64,000 nucleotides of DNA. Origin: Amoebidium appalachense (taxonomy: Eukaryota > Protista > Ichthyosporea). The notes beneath the pieces were generated by a model, which saw only the letters and a list, made by a program, of their open reading frames with translations, searched no databases and was not told the origin of the DNA. Every line of letters begins with the position of its first letter. Within the stretch, counting starts at the first letter, position 1. Both the position numbers and the translations under genes were made by a program. Where the stretch lies: the NCBI GenBank assembly GCA_963693365.1, contig CAVNZM010000003.1:12249651-12313650 (forward strand). Direction: 5' to 3'. This document shows, piece by piece, positions 55,488-64,000 of this stretch.

Positions 55488-56456
55488 GGCAAAAAAAGAG
55501 TCGACAGAACCAACCTCAAACATAGTAAGGACGGAAACCCGGACCAGAACTTATGAAGTCTAGAGAAGCAGAAAATAGCTTGAACGACTGGTGGAGGGGA
55601 TGATAGCTATAGTGCTAACAGCAAAAGTAGTGCCCACAGTCGCTGGTTCATGAACGTGAAAAGGCAACGTGCATCTGCAGCCAGCAGGCACACGCACACG
55701 CACGCACGCATACACACATACACACACAGACACAGCACAGACACAGACATAATCACAGGCACGGACACAGACCAGACAGACAAACGCCACATGCACAAAA
55801 GCAGGCAACACAAAACTAACCTTTAAACGGCCTTTCAGCCGTTAGGCGAAGAAGCTGCAGCATGCAGCATGGTCAAAACCATTCAGCACGGTGGCTGCGC
55901 GACCTGCGGAGGGCAAAAAAAGAGTCGACAGAACCAACCTCAAACATAGTAAGGACGGAAACCCGGACCAGAACTTATGAAGTCTAGAGAAGCAGAAAAT
56001 AGCTTGAACGACTGGTGGAGGGGATGATAGCTATAGTGCTAACAGCAAAAGTAGTGCCCACAGTCGCTGGTTCAGGAACGTGAAAAGGCAACGTGCATCT
56101 GCAGCCAGCAGGCACACGCACACGCACGCGCACACACACACATACACACACACGCACACAGACACAGACACAGACACAGACATCATCACAGGCACGGACA
56201 CAGACCAGACAGACAAACGCCACATGCACAAAAGCAGGCAACACAAAACTAACCTTCAAACGGCCTTTCAGCCGTTAGGCGAAGATGCTGCAGCATGCAG
56301 CATGGTCGAAACCATTCAGCACGGTGGCTGCGCGACCTGCGGAGGGGACCTGTGACCAGGCGACCTGCGGGAAGGGAACTGCGACCAGGCGACCTGCGGG
56401 AAGGGACCTGCGACCAGGCGACCTGCGGGAAAGGACCTGCGGACCTGCGGGAAGGG
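55488..56456. repeat. ~424-bp tandem duplication followed by ~30-bp GC-rich repeats (GCGACCAGGCGACCTGCGGGAAGGGACCT)n
   Basis: Units start at 55488 and 55912. Short repeats at 56331-56456. Confidence 0.9.
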
Positions 56457-57109
56457 GAAGAGAAATGGAGCAAACGACGTGCGTACAGGCTTAAACGGAC
56501 AAAAAATTGCAAACCGGATTGGGTTTAGCCAATCACTATTTGCTATCAGAAGATGGTGTACATAATGTGATTGGATCGATTCTCGGCGGATCGGTGAGGT
56601 TGGCGATATGGTGGACATATATTTCGGACACCGTTGTCATATGTTCCGACGGAGCTTAAGTTATAACGTTAACGCTGTTTACTCGAGGCCTATCCCCGGT
56701 TTACGTAGAAAGGTCATGTGTGGGGGAAGATGTGAACACCCAGACGTGTATGTACACCCGGGCAGGTCTGTGTACTCGTTGTTATGTTAATTGTTGGTTG
56801 ATGGAGTACATCCTCAACGCGACGTATACACGCGTGCGTGCGATTCAGGAAGGGGTCCCCATATGGCTCTCGTATTATTTATATTCGTGTGATATATATA
56901 TTCTATGTACTAGGCTATCTATTACCAATATACGTTACGTATTGATACAATATCACCAATACTAATTAAATATCGTCACGTGTGATGGTGATGGCATCCA
57001 TGTAGCTCTGCAGCAGTGTGTGTGTGTGTGGTGCGTGTGTGTGTGGTGTGGAGAGGCGGCCTGGGGTGGAGGGGGGTGGGGGGGGGGGGGGGAGGGGGGA
57101 GGGCCGAGT

Positions 57110-57161
<52 letters not shown>

Positions 57162-57569
57162 TAGGCAAATACCAGACAGTGATGCATAATTGCACATTCT
57201 TTTGCAGCTACAGTTTGATGATATTTACCCACCGTGTGCATCACTTGTGACCCCAGTCTTCCGAGGTGGTGTCATAGGTGGGCGCCAACACCAATAAATT
57301 GACTGGTGACGGGTGTGCAACCGAAGAAACTCAGCAGCACATATAATAACGTTGATGCTATACCCTGCCTAGTTGACGTAATAATTAGTGCACCATCGCA
57401 CGCGTGACGGGGGGGGGGGGGGGGGGGGGGGGTGTTTTTGCCGCGCGGTACCCCTGATATTGTAGGTGTACACTGCCCCCACAACCCCAACTGTGTGCTG
57501 AATATCTCGTGCTAGGAAACCAATAACGCGAAAGTAACACATGCTGCATGATATATGATGTATATGGTA

Positions 57570-57895
57570 CAGGGAGGTTTCAATCCGGGCTACAATGTTG
57601 TGTTTTTTTCGTGTGACCCTCGTACTCCAGAGGCACACTCACCATCCCCCCCATAAACTTTGTGGTAAATTTCTCGTGCCAGAAGCTGTTCTGTGGGTAG
57701 TTATTGAAAAACCAATAATGTGTAGGTAACACATGTACATATACTATGCTACAAGGGGGGGTTCTATACGAGCTACAACGTTGTGTTTTTTTTGTGTGAC
57801 CCTCGTACTCCAGGGGCACATTCCCCATCCCCCCCATAAACTGTGTGGTAAATTGCTCGTGCTAGAAGCTGTTCTGTGGGTAGTTATTGAAAAAA
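57570..57895. repeat. Imperfect direct repeat with ~183-bp period
   Basis: GCTACAA(T/C)GTTGTGTTTTTTT...GTGACCCTCGTACTCCAG...AGAAGCTGTTCTGTGGGTAGTTATTGAAAA at 57589 and 57772. Confidence 0.85.
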
Positions 57896-58154
57896 CCCGA
57901 TGCTTATAAGTAACGCATCATGCGGCACAAATTGTCATCATAGCATTATACTACCATACGGTAGTCATCGACAATAACGATATATTGGGAACGTGGACAC
58001 CATATTGTAAACCAAAAAATAATAACACCATAATATACTACACATACCTAACAATGTATTGTGAATGAATAAAATACTTGCTTACGTGCTGGTAACATAC
58101 GAGAAACAAGGATTCTCCCGCTCTTTTTTTCTTTCTTTTTTGTTTGTTTTTGTG

Positions 58155-58206
<52 letters not shown>

Positions 58207-58499
58207 AAGGAGGGGGGGGGGGGGGGGGGGGGAGGGGGGGGGGGGGGGGGGACGTTTTGCAGATATATCGACTAGAGTCCCTCATCAGGGGACACATTCA
58301 CAGTGCTTTATTAAGATCGGCCTTCAAGGCCAAAAAAGCTCAATTTCGATTAAGATTAGATAGAATTTTATGAGGCCGGCCAGGCCTTAAATACAAAAAG
58401 GAGAAAAAACAATACACAGCTAAACATAGATCTAATATTAGCTAAATCAATCGACACACTGGTACATTGCCTGGAGTTAACAGCATCAATCCCACTGGT

Positions 58500-58617
58500 A
58501 CATGACTGAGTGTGTGCATGTCTGTATGTGTGCGTGTGTGTGTGTTTTGCATGTGTGTGTGAGTGCATATGTGAGTGTGCATGTGCATGTGCATGTGCAT
58601 GTGCATGTGTGTGTGTC

Positions 58618-58657
<40 letters not shown>

Positions 58658-59134
58658 GGAGGGAGGGAGGGACGGAGGGAGGGAGGGACGGAGGGAGGGA
58701 GGGAGGGATGGTTGGGAGGGAGGGAGGGAGGGGGGAGGGTGGGAGGGAGGGTGGGTGGGTGGGAGGGAGGGAGAGAAAGAGAGAGAGACAGTGTGTGTGT
58801 GTGTGCATATCTGTATGTGTGTGTGTGTGTGCGTGTTTGCGTGTGTGTGTGTGTGTGCATATGTGAGTGTGCATGTGCATGTGTGTGTGTCTGTGTGTGC
58901 ATATGTGCATGTGTGTGTGTGTGTATGTGTGTGTGTGTGTGTATGCGTGTCTGTGTCTGATGTGTGGATGTCTGTGTATGTTGTGTGTGTGTGCATGTCT
59001 GTGTGTGTGTATGTGCTCAGTTGAAAGGGAAGGGGGGGAGAGGGGGGATGCACCGTGTGTGTGCATGTGTGCACGTGTGTGTGTGTGTGCTCTGTGGAGA
59101 GGGAAGTGGAGGGGGGAAATGCACCGTGTGTGTG

Positions 59135-59176
<42 letters not shown>

Positions 59177-59341
59177 TGTGTGTATGTGTGTGTGTGTGTT
59201 GTGTGTTTGTGTGTGTGTTCATGTCTGTGTGCGTCGTGTGTGGTGTGTGTGTGTGTGTGCATGTCTGTGCATGTGTGTATGTGCTCGGTGGAGAGGGAAG
59301 GGGAAGGGGGGGATTCGTGTCCGTGCATGTGTGCATGTGTG

Positions 59342-59408
<67 letters not shown>

Positions 59409-59567
59409 CATGTATGTGTGTGTGTATGTGCTCGGTTGAGAGGGAAGGGGGGGGGGGGGATGCACCGTGTGTGTGCATGTGTGCACGTGTGTGTGTGTGT
59501 GCTCTGTGGAGAGGGAATGGGAGGGGAGGAAATGCACCGTGTGTGTGCATATGTGTGTGTGTCTCTC

Positions 59568-59612
<45 letters not shown>

Positions 59613-59741
59613 TCCCGGTGTGTGTGTGTGTCCCGGTGTGCCTGTGCGTGCGTGTGTGTGAGTGCATGTTTCTGCATTGTGTGCGAGCATGTGGATGCCT
59701 TGGTGAGAACAAGATTGGACGGTATCGAATGCTGTGTGTGT

Positions 59742-59778
<37 letters not shown>

Positions 59779-59780
59779 CA
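58500..59780. repeat. Compound (GT)n/GGGA satellite with higher-order duplicated blocks
   Basis: Block ATGTGCTC.GTTGA.AGGGAAGGGG...ATGCACCGTGTGTGTGCATG recurs at ~59010, ~59280 and ~59425. Confidence 0.85.
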
Positions 59781-59916
59781 ATGATAAGCCGGCCATGTGT
59801 TTATCATGGCGCACCGGTAAATGAATGAGGCGATTATGTGTAAATATATAAACGGAAATACATTATAAAAAAGGACTCACTCAACGAGATGAACGAGCGT
59901 TACAGAACGTACGTGT

Positions 59917-59954
<38 letters not shown>

Positions 59955-62900
59955 ATCAACGGGCTCTACTACATCACTGACTACGTGATTGACTCCCCTC
60001 AACATCCGTGGGTCCAAGCCTACACAGCAAGGACTCAACAGAGTGACGACCCAACCCATTGGCACCACCGTCTTGGCCACCGAGCCATGTCCACCGTCAC
60101 CAGAATGGCCAAAGATGAGCTGGTCATCGGCATGCCCCCCTCCCTCAAGTCCACCGACCACACTGACTGCTTTGAGTCGGCTGCATGTCTGGCAAGACCA
60201 CCAAGGCTCCGTTCCCCGGCACCCGTTCCCGTTTCACCATCCCCGGCGGCAAGTGGCACCTGGACTTCTTCGAGGCCCCCTGTGTTTCCTACGGCAGCTA
60301 CAAGGTTGCTCTCGTGTGTGTTTGTGATGCCACCGGTTACACCATCGTGCTCCCCCTCTACAATCGGACCGAAACCCTCAGCTACATCCAGTCTCTCGTT
60401 GTGACAGTCGAACGTCAGACTCCTGAGATCGTCACCCATCTTCGTTTTGACTCCGGCTCCGAATTCACATCAAGGGAAACCGAGGCCTACTGCAAGCAGA
60501 AAGGCATCATCATGGAGTTTGCCCCCATCGACACACCCCTGGGCCAGCAAAACGGTGTAGTTGAACGGAAGATGAGAGACCTCCAGGAGACGGTCCGTTG
60601 CTTCCTACACGCCGACAAGGAACAAACTCTCTCCCCCAAGCTGTGGGTTGCTGCCCTCAAGCATGCTGGCTACATCTGCAACGTCACCCCGTCAACTGCT
60701 GCCAACGGCAAGACCCCCTACGAGGCCTTCCACAGCTTCAAACCCGACGTGACCCAGCTCCACGTGTTGGGCTCCCCTGCCTATGTACACGTGCCCCGTT
60801 CCAAGAGGAACTGAAGCTTGCATCAACCGTCAGACTGGGCACCTACGTCGGGTGGGATATGCATTCGAAAGCACACAAGATCCTCGACCATGCCAACAAC
60901 CAGGTCAAGGTCTGCCGTGACGTGATCTTTGACGAATCGAAATTCACGAGCAGCACCAATCAAGTCCCCGATCACCCCAAACGCGATCCGCTGACATTGG
61001 ACCCCCCCTCCGACGACGATGATGAAATTCCGTCCGTGATCATCAACCACCCGTCCTGGCACCAACAACGAGCCCCGATCGACCCCGTTGCTCCCCCCAG
61101 CCCCCCCACAACCGGCCAACAACCTTTGCTGCCGGACCCCCCCGTTGCTGAGCATCATGATGATCAACCTGGCTACATGACTCCGATTCGTCCTGGGTCC
61201 CCAACCTTCCACTCGGCCTCGCGGAGCAGCCCTGTGGACACCGATGCCCCCCTCAACACAGGTCCCATTCCTGGGTTCCATGCCCCTGTGCCGGCCATCA
61301 ACAGCAAGCCCCCGGCCACCACCCCCCTCAAGGACCCCCCCAAGCCGAACCTTCGTCGGTCTGCACCTCTCACCAAGCCATCCACGGCACTGGTCAGCAT
61401 CACAGCACCGACAATCAACATTGACCAACTCCCCAAGGGCATACAAAAGCTTTGCAACGGCCCCAACGGTGATGCCGTCATAGCTGCCCTCACCTCCGAG
61501 TACCAAGCCTTCATCACCAAGGATGTCTTCGACGTTGTTGATCCCCCCCCCGACGCTAACATCATCAAGTTCAAGTGGATTGTGACTGACTGAGAAAGTC
61601 CTCAACTCAGCCGGTGACACCAAGATCAAGGGTCGTGGTGTTGCAATTGAAAGGGCTTCACTTAAGTCTACGGTGTTGACTACGGTGACACCTCTTCCCC
61701 CGTCGTGATGTCCTCCTCCGTTCGTGCCCTCCTTGCCATCGGTGTGGACGGCAACCATGAGATTCATCAACTTGACGTCTCCTGGACCACGGCTTTCCTC
61801 AACAGTCCCCTCCAAGAAGACATCTACATTGTGGCAACCACCTGGCGAATTCATCACCCCCGGCAACGAGCACTAGGTCTGGAAACTGAAGAAGGCACTC
61901 TACGGCCTCAAACAAGCACCACTGGCATGGTATGAGTACTTCGACAAGATCCTCCTTGCTCACGGCCTCGAACGTCTCCGTTCAGATCCATGTGTCTACG
62001 TCAAGTCCTTCCCCAACGGTGACATCATCTACACTGGCAACTATGTGGACGACGTCATCATCATCTGCACGGCCCACTCTTCCCACACCAAGGATCTAGT
62101 AGACCACATCATGAAGTCAGCTCTCTGCAAGGTCGACCTCCCCGACATCTTCCTCGGCACCCAGCTCATCCACACTCCCGGTCACCTCAAGCTGCTTCAA
62201 CAGTCCTACATCAACGACATCGTCAAGGACTTCAACCTCGTCGATGCCAACCCCAAGGCCACCCCCATCCCCGCCGGCACCGTCATCACCATTGACGAGA
62301 ACATCGACACACTACCCACCAAGGCTCCCTACCGTGAACTCCTCGGCCGTCTTTTGTGGGTTGCTCGTTGTTCCCGGCCCGACATCTCCTTTGCCATCGG
62401 CTACCTCGGCAGATTCAGTGCCAACCCCACCAAACTCGCATGGGAATGTCTGCTCCGTGTGGTTCGATACCTCAACGGCACATCCAACCTCGGCCTCCAC
62501 TACGACAAGTCTGCATCCGACGACAACACCCCCTTGCTGGAGTGTTATTCTGATGCTGACTTTGCTGGCTGCCCCACCACCCGTCGTTCCACTACCGGCT
62601 ACGTCATCCTCTTCAAGGCATCCCCATCACGTGGTATTCAAAGCTACAGTCCATCACGGCAACATCCACCACCGAGGCCGAACTTCTGGCCATCAATGCT
62701 GCCGTTCAAAACGTCATCTGGCACCGTGATCTCCTCCGTGAACTCGGCTACCCGATGACTGACCCCACCCCCGTCTGTTGTGACAATCAGTCCACCATTG
62801 CCCTCCTCCACACCAACAGCATCAAGCACCGGACCAAACACATTGCCGTCCGGTACCACAACACGAAGGACTACATCAAGAGTGGGGATGTGGTCGTCAC

Positions 62901-63112
62901 CTACGTGCCCACCAAGGACAACGTGGCCGACATCTTCACCAAGGCGCTGCCCTCCCTCGAGCAGCACCGTGGCTCCCTCAATCTCCTCAAGTAGATGTAT
63001 AACGTCGCACGTGCGGCAACACGTCAGTACGTGTTATCTATAATGTTGCATTTTGGACGCCGGACAGTTGCCGCCGCCACAGGACTGCCGCTGTCGAGTG
63101 TGAAAGGGGGAG
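59955..63112 (+). pseudogene. Decayed Ty1/copia element: integrase, RT and RNase H with many frameshifts; gag/protease and 5' LTR missing
   Basis: HWHHRLGH, LRFDSGSEF, QQNGVVERKMR, KFKW, HQLDV, LKKALYGLKQAP, YVDDVII, YSDADFAG, CDNQS, KHIAVRYH, ADIFTKAL. PPT-like GAAAGGGGGAG at ~63102-63112. Confidence 0.92.
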
Positions 63113-63459
63113 TCTAGACTCGGAGTCACTGTCAGATGCTGCTAAAATAGATGCATCATAATTTTGAACTTTTGTCACCAGCTTAGGTGTACATGTGTTA
63201 GCGTGTGTGTGTGTCACAGTGTATTGTGTGTGTGTGTGTAGCAGGGGGGAGGAAGAGAGAAGACAGGGGCTCCGAGGGGGAGGGGGGGGGGGGGGGAGGG
63301 GGGGGGGGATTGCGTGTATGTGGACCTGTGTCTGTGTGTGTGAGGGTCTGTGTATGTATTTCGTGCTCACGCACACGTGTGTCCTTGGTGAGCATAAGCA
63401 TCGTGAACTTTCTATGTTTTATCCTACACTTTGTTTTCTGTGCGGCGCGACGCGGAGCC

Positions 63460-63492
<33 letters not shown>

Positions 63493-63956
63493 TGTAATTG
63501 ACATTTATTGTAAACTATAACTGGAACAATTGCAGCTATCTACAGCGGCTGGCTGTACAGCATGTCCATAAGTGAGGTGGATGTGCTTGACTAGGCCGTA
63601 TTTTGAGTTAACACCTTTTTTGACGAATAGAAATCACTACAGTAAAACAACAACCAATCGCTCTGAAACGAACACAAACATGTAAAACATTGGCGTTAAG
63701 GCCAACTGGACCCACTTCCCTCCATATTCAAAGACAAAGTCTTCAAAATAAATAGCAGGTGGGACTGATAAAAATAAACTCAAACATACCAAACGGCAAG
63801 GAAAGTGTTCAGTTTGATGTGTCATGGATATTAAAAAAAAAAGGTAACTTCTGAACGAAACCAATCATTTTGGGATCTTCTGAGCAAGGCGATCCCACCC
63901 GTCCTTCACAAAGGCACTGTTCTGTGCCTCGTAGTAGGTCCAGGCGGAGGGGTGGC

Positions 63957-64000
<44 letters not shown>

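Noticed and set aside
58368-59828. Long His-Thr / Cys-Val ORFs here and throughout the window
   Set aside because: Translations of (CA)n/(GT)n and poly-G/C microsatellites.
63113-63190. 3' LTR of the second copia
   Set aside because: Follows a PPT-like tract but starts TC rather than TG and has no partner LTR, so boundaries cannot be supported.

Overview
Eukaryotic genomic DNA: intron-rich, microsatellite- and poly-G/poly-C-laden, GT-AG introns. The gene set suggests a unicellular opisthokont; an ichthyosporean-like protist is only a guess. Spliced host genes reconstructed by eye: the 3' end of an unknown gene; a 7TM/GPCR-like gene (1.4-6.5 kb); a cAMP-receptor-like GPCR (10.4-12.6 kb, minus); a 17-exon gene that appears to fuse a YeeZ-like SDR/epimerase to a CbiX-like chelatase (24.9-34.4 kb); a hydroxylysine kinase-like gene (minus) head-to-head with an F-box gene; and an ATRIP/Rad26 homolog (minus). 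Mobile DNA: two related non-LTR retrotransposon families (4 copies), a young RT-deleted Ty1/copia with matching LTRs and a GCTCA target-site duplication, a decayed copia and a MITE. The most striking item is a non-coding mobile repeat present three times (1-240, 26382-26607, 29493-29896). Each copy ends ...GCATTCAAAC next to a poly-C tract, and the core folds into a multi-stem pseudoknotted RNA supported by compensatory base changes between the divergent copies. It is a candidate undescribed ribozyme or replication element. Most listed ORFs are repeat-derived noise. Exon boundaries and family calls were made by eye, without database searches.
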